Shown here piece after piece: positions 11,881 through 24,715 of a DNA stretch of 61,260 nt. Each line of letters starts with the position of its first letter. The first letter of the stretch is position 1. The position numbers and the translations under genes were made by a program. The notes under the pieces were generated by a model. It did no database searches, was not told where the DNA came from, and saw only the letters and a list, made by a program, of their open reading frames with translations. Origin of the DNA: Octopus bimaculoides (Eukaryota); NCBI RefSeq assembly GCF_001194135.2, contig NC_068982.1, positions 90,863,624 to 90,924,883 of the forward strand. The letters are read 5' to 3'.

Positions 11881-12318
11881 AATATGCATTACCGTATTTT
11901 TCAGTTCTTTAGATTGTTTAAAATGTCACGAGTTAATTCCAAACTGAAATACCCTCGGATAATGGGAGATTTTTGACATGTGCATAAGCGAAAAATATTT
12001 AAAAAAAAAGTATTACGTATATGACCAGAAAAAGTGAATCCCAAATCCTCATGAGTTACTCGAGAAAAGAGAAAACCGATGTCTTGTGTTGGTTTGTTTG
12101 TTTTTCGATCGATTCCTTAGCTTACCACATGAACAGTCAGGTTTATATGACATTACAATGCTACTCACACACAAATATTGAATTTGTAGTGGTAAGATCG
12201 GATGCTGAAAAAGCAACTTCAGTTCTCTACACCTACCAACGGAACATGATTATTCTACAAGTGCAGGATTTCACATCTTGCCAGTTTCTGATAACCAAGG
12301 CTCAGGTTATTACAAGTA

Positions 12319-12321
<3 letters not shown>

Positions 12322-12398
<77 letters not shown>
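12322..12398. repeat. (CT)n microsatellite
   Basis: Direct reading. Confidence 0.95.
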
Positions 12399-12403
<5 letters not shown>

Positions 12404-13953
12404 CCACTCATCATTCACGAAGAGTTAAATGAATGAATACATGTGGCATTTGGTCAAATTTAAGAAGAAGCACAATCTTCCCAAATTCCTTCATAAGGCT
12501 TGGGTTTACAAGAGGCTGTAGTAATAGACATTTGCTTCAGATAACAAGCAGTGAGCATATCCGCTAAGTTCACCGTCATCAACTCACCACAGTAAAAGTT
12601 CGCCGTCATCAATACGCCGTTTTTTTTTTGTTTTGTTTTGTTTCCTTTTTAGTAAAATAGTTTTTAACTATTAATGGTGAGATACTATGGATATATTTTC
12701 TTGGTAAACTTTCTTCACGGTGAATTGATGGCAGTGAACTTATCTGTAATCAACAGTGATATCTAACTCGAGACCTCATGGCTGAAACAGAAACTTCTTA
12801 AGAACTCGGTCATGCATGCGTCCACACGAGCACGCGTAATAATATGTCTTTGTATTAATTTGTGCCAAATATAAACGTTTAAACGTCATGTCTTTTCACG
12901 ATTACGGCATAGCATGAAAAATGCCTGTCGATGGTGGTAACTATTACACCAATGTAACCAGCCAGTCCTCGCCATCATATTAAGCAGAAGGAAATATAGT
13001 GCGGGATTAATTGCGATCGTTTAACATCATTTGTATAACACATACATCGTTGATATTTTTGATGGCATTTTGACCTCCAGCGAAAAGGACATCCTCAGAC
13101 CAGTTTCACACCAGAAACTTCCATACTGACTGAAATAGTACCAGGATATATGTGATATCATATATATGTTAACAATTTTAAGTCCATTCATAATATGTAC
13201 AGCGTAAAATGGAAAAAGTGGACCACGAATTCACAATTAATTTGAATTACGTCTCTCTCTGTCGCTTTCACTCTCCCTCCCTCCCCCTCTTTCTCTCTCT
13301 TTCACACATACGCACACCTATAAACCTATACATACATATGAGTTACTTAAGGAGCGTGTAAGAGGTGGTGAGAAGAAACGGTTGGCAGACTTTTGGTTAC
13401 ATATATAGATATACTCACATTAAGCTTATTGATACTGTAAGACTGAAGAATCTTGAGAAAATTGTTTATTTCTATTGTGAATGCAATTTTTCATTGCTTT
13501 GTTGGCTGGTAGATTTTCCAGTAACAAAAAGGCACGTTTCATGAGAATATCTCCAATACACAGAGAAGATATTTTAATTAATTTGAGATTTAAAGAAGCT
13601 GTAAACAGTATGTTTACATACTTGCAGCAGAGGTAGTAGGTGATGGAGAAAGATTAGTCTATAATGAGAGAAATTATCTTTCACTATTGGATTGAGTAAC
13701 AATGAATGCAATACGTTAAACAAAACAACATCGGTGACTGTAAAACAAATAGAAGAGGGAATAGAACTATATCCACTGTGACGAATGTGATGCCGACAAA
13801 AAGACAGCGTATACGGCAACAAGAGCAATAATAATAGCTTAAAAAGAACAACAAGATCAAAAAGAATGAACATCACACCCAACAGCGCCAGAAATTGTTG
13901 TTAAAAGACAGTTTCAACTCCAAAATTGAAAACTATAAGAGGTTAAATATATT

Positions 13954-14172
13954 CTTTACTACTTTAGGCACAAGGCGCGAAATGTTGGGGGGAGGGAGTC
14001 AGTAGATTAAATTGACCCCAGTACACAATTGGTACTTAATTTATCGACCTCGAAAAGGATAAAAGGCAAAGTTGACCTTGGTGGAATTTGAACTCAGAAC
14101 CTAAAGACAGAAGAAATACCGCTAAGCATTTCCCCCGGCGTACTAACGTTTCTGCAAGCTCATTGCCTTAAA
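13954..14172 (-). mobile_element. Full-length family A SINE with a 14-bp target-site duplication
   Basis: SINE body in reverse orientation; the direct repeat aggttaaatatatt lies at 13940-13953 and 14173-14186. Confidence 0.9.
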
Positions 14173-15030
14173 AGGTTAAATATATTTTTGTTGTTTAACA
14201 TTACGTATACTTTGATCATGTATATCTACGATCAATCATTTCGTCTTCTGTTTCATGTTATATAATAGCCAACATGTCCATCCCTTTTTTAAGGTAATAG
14301 GGTGAAAGTTCAGGGACATTTGGTTACTATTTCTAATAGATTGAACCACCTGTGAGCATTCTTGCTGGGCTCACCAGAGCACAGCTTAGAGATATCATCC
14401 TATAAAAGTTTCGGGAAGAGCACAATTAGAATCGGTCTGTAGTATGATCATGCCAATCCTCTCACTTCCAATAATACAGAGACCCAATCACTACAGGCAT
14501 CAAGAAAATAATATCATATCCACACTTAAACGTTAGCAGAAGCACGCAACAAGAAGTGTCAAACCTGACCATAACTAATCATCTCTCCTGGTGAGCACAC
14601 ACTCTCGACACGCTAATGAGTGTATCACAAAGATGTATCCTCATCAGGGCGGGAAAATACTTCAGCTCACTATCAACACCAGCACTAACAACCATCCCCA
14701 CCAGTAGTAGGAATACTATCAACAAAGTTCGTTGATGGAATTTTGTTCAACTTGTGCTGCGTAATTTCACATCAGAGGCTAGATTTTACGTTACCTTGAG
14801 GCCAGCAATTTGAATTTGTTTCGAAGGAAAATCCAGTATAGGGCACCGATTAGCTGAAAGAACAAAGAAATATTGATATTTGTCGATCTCGTTCACCTCA
14901 AGGTCGAGTCGTTTCGCCTAGTTTTGATATATTCTGTTTTGACGCGATACGTTTTTAGAGGGATCTTCTCCGGGCGAAATTCCACAGCCTAAAAGTGTTT
15001 AAACAACACGCATGCAGTGTGACATCGATA

Positions 15031-15159
<129 letters not shown>

Positions 15160-16609
15160 TAAATGCCTTTCACTACCCGACAAAATTAATTGCTGTGTTT
15201 CGTGACGATATTTCTTATTCCGATTTCAAATGTATTCGATATCAGCTTTACCTTTTATTCTTAAAGAACCAAAAAATATTTATTTCTTCAATCTGAGCAT
15301 CCATATAAAATTGTTAAACCAAGGCAAACTGACACAAGTATATAAGCTTTACTGATAAAGGGAAACAAAACAAGAAAGGGCAAAATATAAAAAGAGAGGA
15401 AGAAGAAAAGGAATTTATAGATAAAGAGCAGTTAGATGTTTCAGTTGTTAAATCTTATTTGTAGCCTCACTGACTTGGAAGATCTAATTTATGGTTGGTG
15501 AATTCTCCAAAAATAAATTGTATCTCTAACCTCGGTAGGATTTTTAAGACCTGTTTTAAAATGCACTGCCTCTAAAGCTCGGAATTTTTGCAATACAAAA
15601 AATACTAGCAATAGATCACAGAATAATCACTACAGAACGTACATGTGATTCCATGAGACATCTGCAAGGTCGAACAAATTTCGATTAAACCCATTACAAC
15701 CCTCCTCAACAATATATTCTACCGCGTAACTCTGTAGCAAATTATAGACGCTGGCGCAATTTATGATTAAATATCAATCTTTCATTGTACAATATTGCGA
15801 GTTCAACTCCAGCCAAAACCAAGGTTTGTCTTTTCATTCATTTGAGGTTCGTAAAATAAAGGCTAAAATATACCAAACCATCATATTCTCAAAGTGAAAA
15901 TGTTTCAAAATTCAAACTGCACGATCATAAATATGTACGTATGTGGCTGTGTATATATGTGTCAATGCGCATATATGTATATGTACATATAGATATAAAA
16001 GATGGGATATAGAAATTTTTCTGGCTTCAAGGGTATCGCGAAAGGACTGGTTGGACGCCAAATCTTCAGTGTTATTTTCCAAGACTTAAAAGAAAATTGA
16101 GAACCGCTGCAGTAAGTGAGTGAATCATATATTTACTGATCCTCGTATATTTCCTTTTATGCAAAGCAGGAACTTTTCAACACACCCTTCAATATATGCA
16201 TATATACATACATACCGAATATCGCCCTGTTTCACTCCATTTTTTTCAGATGGGCTCCGACATTTTACCTCTTACATTAACCCTACCCTTCATGTCTTCA
16301 TGAAAAGACCTAACCAAAGCAAGGAACTTTTCAGGACAACCAAGTTTCTGGAGGACTTGCGCAGGTTGCCAAAACTTCTATATCGGACAGACGAGCCTCC
16401 CGTTGCGTAGAAGAGTAGCAGTCCATAAGGAACAAATAAATCTCCCTCAATACCGCCAAATTCCACTCAGTGGCCACATAGATTCTTGCGCCAGAAACAA
16501 AAACCCTAAATTCATTATATTCCCTTTCTATCAATGTAAAGACGGAATCTCCACACAAGAAAGAATCAACAAGGAGAATCTTTTCATAGAGAAATTCCAA
16601 CCATTTCTT

Positions 16610-17380
16610 AACACACACNNNNNNNNNNNNNNNNNNNNNNNNNNNNNNNNNNNNNNNNNNNNNNNNNNNNNNNNNNNNNNNNNNNNNNNNNNNNNNNNNN
16701 NNNNNNNNNNNNNNNNNNNNNNNNNNNNNNNNNNNNNNNNNNNNNNNNNNNNNNNNNNNNNNNNNNNNNNNNNNNNNNNNNNNNNNNNNNNNNNNNNNNN
16801 NNNNNNNNNNNNNNNNNNNNNNNNNNNNNNNNNNNNNNNNNNNNNNNNNNNNNNNNNNNNNNNNNNNNNNNNNNNNNNNNNNNNNNNNNNNNNNNNNNNN
16901 NNNNNNNNNNNNNNNNNNNNNNNNNNNNNNNNNNNNNNNNNNNNNNNNNNNNNNNNNNNNNNNNNNNNNNNNNNNNNNNNNNNNNNNNNNNNNNNNNNNN
17001 NNNNNNNNNNNNNNNNNNNNNNNNNNNNNNNNNNNNNNNNNNNNNNNNNNNNNNNNNNNNNNNNNNNNNNNNNNNNNNNNNNNNNNNNNNNNNNNNNNNN
17101 NNNNNNNNNNNNNNNNNNNNNNNNNNNNNNNNNNNNNNNNNNNNNNNNNNNNNNNNNNNNNNNNNNNNNNNNNNNNNNNNNNNNNNNNNNNNNNNNNNNN
17201 NNNNNNNNNNNNNNNNNNNNNNNNNNNNNNNNNNNNNNNNNNNNNNNNNNNNNNNNNNNNNNNNNNNNNNNNNNNNNNNNNNNNNNNNNNNNNNNNNNNN
17301 NNNNNNNNNNNNNNNNNNNNNNNNNNNNNNNNNNNNNTATATATATATATGCATATATACATATATATACATACACATAC

Positions 17381-17413
<33 letters not shown>

Positions 17414-17470
17414 TATATATATATACACACATATATAAGCATATATACATAAATACACGCGCAGATATAT
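16610..17470. other. Assembly gap (N 16619-17338) flanked by (CA)n and (AT/AC)n
   Basis: Direct reading. Confidence 0.98.
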
Positions 17471-17489
17471 ATAATTGTGCATACATATA

Positions 17490-18767
17490 CAGGATGCGGT
17501 GCATAAACTATCGTCTAAATTACGCAAAAGTGAAAATAACACTGACATCTCATTTTAACACATATTTTTACCAAAATTACATAAAAATATCTTGAAATAC
17601 TAAAGAGTAAATTTATTCAATAAAATCGCCATTGGTTTCTACCACGGCCTCCAGACGACTTCAGAATCCTCTGCAACTCTTCTGGACGGTCGCCTTGCTT
17701 AAGTAGGTGAATGCAGCCATAATCCTTGCCTTCAGTTCATCTTTGCTGTTACAAGGAGTTTTATTGGTCTCTTGCTCAACCGTGCTCCACACATAATAAT
17801 CAAGTGGGGTGCAGTTCAGGGAGTTAGGTGACCAAATGTTAGTGGTGATGTGGTCGCAGAAATTGTCTGACAGCCATGACTGAGTTCTCCTGCTTCCGTG
17901 GCATGGTGCAGAGTCCTGTTTCCAGACATGGGGGCTTCCAGTAACCACCATCTTCGCCCATGGCTGAGGTACCTCCTCCAAGCACTTGATGTAGGCCTCC
18001 ATGTTGAGTGTGAGGCAGTGTGGGAAGGTGAATGGAGGCATAACGTTGCCATTACTTGTGATCATTACAAACACTATGATGTTGACTGTATGTTTGATTT
18101 TTATCACTCTCGGTACATGTTTTGAGAACACCATCTGTGTGTTCAGCATTTGATCCTGGCAGAAATCTTTGTCTGAGAAAACTTAGAGCATACTCGATTT
18201 GAGGGGATGCTTGGGATTGTTCAAAAACTTCGTAGCGCGGGCTTTCCTCTTGGCTTTGAGGGCTTGGTGTAAAAATTAGCTCTTTCTCATCGTGTATGAA
18301 GAATACCGAATGTCCTCATGCACAACCTGCCAGATAAGAAACTCAGACACTCACATGTCCCTGGCGGTGGACCTGATTGACTTGGAGGGATCGTTGTCAA
18401 TCATGGCCTGTATCACTCCAACAAATTCAGGAATCCTTTTCTTACCAGAACTATCAGAGTGAGTTTTCCGAACTGCCGTACCTTCGTAATCACCATTAGG
18501 CTCATCCAGCTCTTTCCAAATCCCCTGCACTGTCCTCAGATTGACACTCAAACACTCTGAAATGTTCGTATTGGAGCTTCCAGCGCGAAAGCCAAGCAGT
18601 ACAGCATGCTGTTTTCTGACAGAGTGAATTACATCATGGTGATGTTTTTCTCACAGACGGTGTCCAGTTGACCCCGCTGTACTGTGTAGTCGACAAAATC
18701 AAAACAAAACAAATCGCATGGGCGAATTTAAAAATATAAAATGGTGACAGCTTATCCATGCACCCTG
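17490..18767 (-). mobile_element. Near full-length maT-type (DD37D) Tc1/mariner transposon, inactivated
   Basis: ORF 17661-18149 has WKQDSAPCH...WSPNSLNCTPLDYYVW, with 37 residues between the second and third Asp. The N-terminal HTH region is in ORF 18351-18551. Imperfect TIRs CAGGATGCGGTGCATAAACTATCG / CAGGGTGCATGGATAAGCTGTCA, each flanked by TA. Length 1278 bp; stops present. Confidence 0.88.
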
Positions 18768-19449
18768 TATATACGTTTAATGAGAATGTACTCTGCTTAA
18801 AATTGTTGTGTAATTATTCAGTTCATTACTACAATGAATTTATTATATATAATTTGGCAAGAAGCGAACATGATTATATATATACTTACGTTTCATGTAT
18901 ATATGTGTGTGTGTGTGTGCGTATGTATATGACATTTATAATTTGATGTCTAATTTATACGAATACACATTATTTTATACATATTATCCTTCAGTGTTAA
19001 TGGCGGAGTTTATTTTTTCACTACTTTTTGACCCACTTCGTAATCTGTGTCATATCAAAATCTTCTAATGGCACTTTATTGATTTTCCTTAGTGCTTGCC
19101 TCACTGGAATATAACATATACTCCTCTTGAAATTATATTCTACAAATTAAATGTTTTAGAAATGAAGCGTACCTTAATTATATTCCCTACCTTATATATA
19201 ACAACTTACCACTTGCTTATCTTTGCTTTCACTTATCTACAACTGAGATGTGCAGTAAACTTGTTTCATGACATATCCTATGATTACACCATCTTTTTAT
19301 AATTTAATATATCCGCTATTATCTACCAAAATTGTATATTATTCTTTTTCCTCTTTTTCTGCCGATTTTGTCATTGGACTGCGTCTATGCATAAACGCAT
19401 CAGGCGTTCTGGCTGCGCCGCCACACCGGTGTTCTTTAAACAATCGATG

Positions 19450-19955
19450 AACGGGACCAGGCCTTAGGCTCAATTCAGACGATATGTGAAGCTGATAGAC
19501 AGGGTTACTGCTGGAAGGCCATATGTATGACAGCAGGATGCGGGCCCCCTACCATACCCCCGGAAAGTGTCAGCGGTGGTTGTCGGAGAATTTCAATGAC
19601 GCCACAGCCCCAATTTCTGTCCGCCAAATTCCCCCGATAGAAATCCCATAGATTATTATGTACGAGGTGCGGTTGAGAGGGACATCAACTGATCTGCTTA
19701 AAACACCAAGGCCGAGCTGGTGGCCAAGATCAAGGAGGTATTCGATGACCTTCCCAGGGACATAGTAAGAAACTCAAGCGCCAGGTTTCGGTGTCGTCTT
19801 AAGGCTGTGGTGATAGTTGAGGGCTACTACTTTGAGTAAACTGTTATCACCTAGCCACAGTTTAGTTGATATTTTTTTTAAATACTTTTACCTTCAGATG
19901 TGATACCGAGTTTTCTTTTCTCTTTAAGTAAACTATCAAATTTAGCACGAACACT
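19450..19955 (+). mobile_element. 3' fragment of a second maT (DD37D-like) transposon
   Basis: VTAGRPYV*QQDA...PPNSPDRNPIDYYVRGAVERDIN...AELVAKIKEVF...RLKAVVIVEGYYFE*. Confidence 0.8.
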
Positions 19956-20254
19956 CAGAATGTGTCGACATATAGGCTACTACTTCACACACACACACAC
20001 GCACAAATACATATGTGTGTGTGTGTAGTGTATTGTTTTGTGATGGTAAGATCAACAAAAAAGTACTACATCTGGTGAGAGATAAATACTAATAAACACA
20101 ATGTTTTTATGTGATACTATTACTCTCATGCGATGAAAGCATCTCAGTATTTTTTAACACGTCTGGTGATTGCGCCGAGATGCCAAACGTGTTAGAAAAT
20201 ATTGTCTGGCATGCTTTCATCGCATGACACTAATAGTAGCACATAACATATATT

Positions 20255-20382
<128 letters not shown>

Positions 20383-20656
20383 CATTGTGCCACTATCGAT
20401 TTTATCAAAGAAGAAATTTGGCCAACAGAATATGCCATTCTAAAACACGTCGATATTTAATCAACCTCAGGAATATAAAACAAAACTGACACCACATTGA
20501 AATTAGAGTTTCGAAACCATATGCTGCAAAAGATTTTGTGCGACGCACTCATATATCTGCAGATTCTTTCGCCTTGTTTCATCGATCGAACTTGAAAAGA
20601 CTTAGTAAGAAAAACTTAATAAAACGGAAATTTAGGTAGAGAATATTTGTCGTCGT

Positions 20657-20870
20657 AAGGCGGTGAGCTGACAATCCTTACTGCATCGGACAAAATGCTT
20701 AGCGGCATTCCGTCTGTCTTTAGGTTCGACGTTCAAACGCCACCGAGGTCGACTTTGCCTTTCACTCTTTTGGGGCGATAAAATAAGTACCAGTTGAATC
20801 CTGTGTTGATGTAATCGACTTACCCCCTCCTCCAAAACTGCTGGACTTGTGCCAAAACTTGAAACTAATA
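20657..20870 (+). mobile_element. Full-length family A SINE
   Basis: aaggcggtgagctgacaatc...aaatgcttagcggc...gaggtcgactttgcctttca...aagtaccagtt...ggacttgtgccaaaacttgaaa. Confidence 0.85.
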
Positions 20871-22606
20871 TTCATCGATGTAAACAAGGCAAATATAATA
20901 TTCTCTTCTTTATTAACCATGTAGGTTTAAGGCAAATTTAATATTAGCAATTTAGCGGTCAATACTTCTGAGATATTTTTAATAAGGTTATGAGCAAAGA
21001 TTGTATATTTATGTTTATTTTCTATATAAATTTACCACATTATCCTGGCTCTAGATTAGATTTCTTGAGAAAATTACATTTTCCATCTTAAGTTAATAAT
21101 TACATATCAACGGAAATAACTGTTTGAATATTTTCTGGGGCAGCGGCAGCATAAATAAAAGGAAAATGACAATAGAAAAGGAGTGAAGGTATAGCTAAAG
21201 AAAAAAAAAAAAGAAAAGGAAAAGACATAAGCAGTAAAAGCTTGACTAAATTAGAGGCAAAAAGAAAAGGAGGAATGGAAAAACAAAGGAAAGGAAATAG
21301 AAAGGAAGGGATATGATTAGTAGTAGCAGAACTAGCGAGAGGAATGAGGAGGGACGGAAAAGCATAAAAGGAACAAATGCACAGGCGGTAATGTGAGAAT
21401 TTTGTTGAAAGTAGTCAATCCTGATGTCGCTAGCATTTACGATGAATCTGCAAGTATGCGTTCTCCTATTATGCAGTTTTATTCGAGCGGAGGAAAGTGA
21501 CAGCCACAACTTTTCAAGTGTTCGTATATTTTTATACAATTGTTTTACATGTAACAGATTTCCCATATTGTTCTAGCTTGCATTTTTTAATGTTTTGCTT
21601 CGTTTTTAAAAAAGTACACCTTATATAATTATATATATGAAACGGATTATTAAATTTTTTTCCTCAATTGTTATAAAAATTTGTAATTCCAAAATATTCA
21701 AAATGGCATTTTATTAAGGACAAAATTAACTTTATTCGATGATATTCAAAGGCATATCTTTATCTCTCGATTAATTTCATTTTGAATTATCTTTACAATG
21801 TTAAAGTTAATTGTCTGAACAGCTGCATAGAATAAATCATTTCGATCAATACCTTAGTAATTACACTCTTTACAGAGTCTATTGAATTTTTTTTTTTTTT
21901 TTCTTACATGAATATCAATTTTTCAATGTCGTTCTTGAAGAGGCGGAACATATATCGTCCTCTGGTATAACGTAATCTTCTAGAGAAGCAGACAAACCTG
22001 CGGGATTCCCCTTAATATGGTCCTGGTTAAATCCACTTTCAGTTACATTGATAATGCCTTTTCAAACATGAGTGATATTCCCTTAAACGTGTTGTCCTGT
22101 CTTGAAATATTTCCATGCTAAAATAATGCCATGAAAGTTAACAAACCTGGAAGAATCATATTCTGCTTAAAAAAAAAAAAAGACGACGACATCTCGGGAA
22201 ACTAATAATTTTTGGTTAGTATGTTTTCCGACTAGCCTAATTGTTAATTTGTTAGTATATGAATTAAATCGCGAATACGAGATAACTGTCGCGCTTATGT
22301 CAGCTGGACACGTGCCATTCCCCAATCCTCCGACACTGGAGTTTGATAAAATTGTACAGTGTGAACCTCTGTAACTAGACCATCCGAATGAAACAAAAAC
22401 ATTAATGAATATTCACGAGAACTGAAAGGACGATTCGATGCGGTGGTTAGCGTCTGCCTGAGAAGGGCGAAGCACTGTGCTGAACTTTGAGAAGTTGGTG
22501 GTATAGAACTAGAATCAGATTTTCTGTATCGTAATTCACAAATATATATTTGAGATAGTGTTGAAATTCAATTTATATGAGTGCTATGTCTGATCATTTA
22601 TAATAG

Positions 22607-22657
22607 AAATCTCGTAAAAGATACAGGTGGATTAATGTGCCATATCCATCTCAAATG
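22607..22657 (+). CDS. Candidate upstream exon of the astacin gene (KSRKRYRWINVPYPSQM), unverified
   Basis: AG before 22607, ATG/gtaatc donor, open in phase 0. No independent homology support. Confidence 0.25.
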
Positions 22658-23420
22658 GTAATCTTAGTTTATATGTCCACAATTTTTCAGTAATTTGCTC
22701 CATTCGATTCATATCCTTTGCCGAGTATTTACACTGATTCTATTAGAATTTTATAAATCGAAGCGACTTGTAGTCGGCATTAGCCTTTTATCGATTTAAT
22801 CAATTTTAAGCGGATATTTTGCTTTCACTATATACGAGAGCAATAATGGGTTTGAATAGCGTTTTTTTTTGTTAAATGGAAAAAAACATTTAATTGAATA
22901 TTATGTGGAAGCCCTCTTATGTCAAACTACAGGTGTTAGTTTTAATGTCTGTAATATATTTAAAATGTCTATTACCAAAGACGTGTCTATCGTTTGTAAG
23001 TTTCTTTTTATAGCTGCTATAAAATAATTGGTAGTCGTAGATTTTATGACGTGAAAGTAGTTCTGTGTCAGCGTTCTTCTGAAAACAAACTTATTCATCG
23101 AGAATAGAAATAATCAGTAGCAATTAAATCCCTTGATTTAGTTCCGTCAAACGTGATTAATTTTGCTCAGTCACTCAGAAGAAAATGTAATGCAGAAAAT
23201 GTTATACTTTTCTGTAGTTTGTAGCGGAGACCTCTTGGAATTATTACAATTTCGTTCTCATTATTTTCGTTCCAAACATTACTGTTTAACCTTTTCAAAA
23301 ATTCTCCTGTAATTGTTTATAATGAACAAATTAATGAATAGTTTTTTCTTCTTGTCGAAGAATAAATACACAAACGTGTCAACGTAACAAGTTTTTGCAT
23401 ATTGTTTTTTTTCTTTCTAG

Positions 23421-23483
23421 AATTCTGAAGTGATGCAGAAAAAGGCCAGCTTTATATTTGTGGATAACAAGAAAGAATACAGA
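23421..23483 (+). CDS. Candidate upstream exon of the astacin gene (NSEVMQKKASFIFVDNKKEYR), unverified
   Basis: Strong acceptor ttttttttctttctag, donor aga/gtaaat, 63 nt open in phase 0 and compatible with exon 24623. Confidence 0.4.
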
Positions 23484-24622
23484 GTAAATTATTTTTAGTT
23501 TAAATTTTTGCTTTCATTACTTCAACATTCCAAACTTATAAGGGTCTCTGAAGAAATTTAACGAGCTGAAATTAATCTGTTTTATATGTTCGAAATTATA
23601 GATACTTTTATTCTGCGCAGCAATGTCAATTTATCAACATTCTAAATATACATTGGCATGGTATTCGTACTGCATATTTTCTACGGCTGCGATTTTATAA
23701 AAATTTCATGTTAGCCGTTAGAGAGCTGAAACGTAGTTCGCTGTGTATTAAAGGCACTGCGCCATACTTTCGTATCAGCTCTAAGGGCTGTAATAAAAGT
23801 TTATTAGCGTCAAGCCTTAAAATTCTGTGTCTTGTATACTTCATTACAAAGATGTAATCTATAGTAGAACGGAGCTTCCAGTGGTATGTTCTTATAGTTT
23901 AGAACATGACCATCATCATGGGCTTATGCTTAAGTTTGAACCCTTTTTCCTGGTGATTGACAATATCTTTACCATGATCTCCTGTTAATGCTTTTGTCAG
24001 TTATATCCTCTAGATTAACTGAATAAAACTATTTGTGATGTATTACATGAAAATCTTTAGTTCTCTCTTACAGATTTAATTTTCTCTCGCCTAGTACAAG
24101 GTATGACTATATTCGCTTATTACTAATACCAATAGTAAAACTGGCGAAAATTACAACCAAATCTCACTGCAACTAGATAACAAACCTATTTCCCATGGTT
24201 ACTAATGGTGATATTGCTAATATTAATTATAATGTATTAAAGAACAAGAATGGCCATAATTTTCATCTTCAAACGGAATATAATTGAAATTGTATTTCGA
24301 AGTGTAAATAAGTATTTGCCGTGATTTCATTGAGATAGATACATGCATGCATACTTTATAAGTTTCTTAGATTAATTTACGTCGAATTTGAGTATACAAT
24401 TTAAACAATACTATATTAGACTTTCAAGCAGAATTTTGTACTAAAACAAATATTCGATTTACGTAGTAATGGTAACTAGATGTTTTAAACAAACTTGCAT
24501 TCGTCGGTTAAACTTGTATACTATATGTATATGACTTATAACTCTGACACCTCTTCGACATGACCTTGTCAACAGGAAAAACAAGTGCATGCTGGATAAT
24601 TTCTATTTTTCGTTTTATTTAG

Positions 24623-24715
24623 TGGGAGCCAAGTGATCTCGGAAACCCTAGTGTAGAGGAATACATATCCAATGGCACAAAGGTGTTGGAGGGAGATATT
24701 TTTGTTGATGAAAAT
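24623..24715 (+). CDS. Astacin gene exon A: prodomain (WEPSDLGNPSVEEYISNGTKVLEGDIFVDEN)
   Basis: ttttatttag acceptor, aat/gtaagt donor; EGDI aspartate-switch motif at 24689-24700. Confidence 0.85.
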
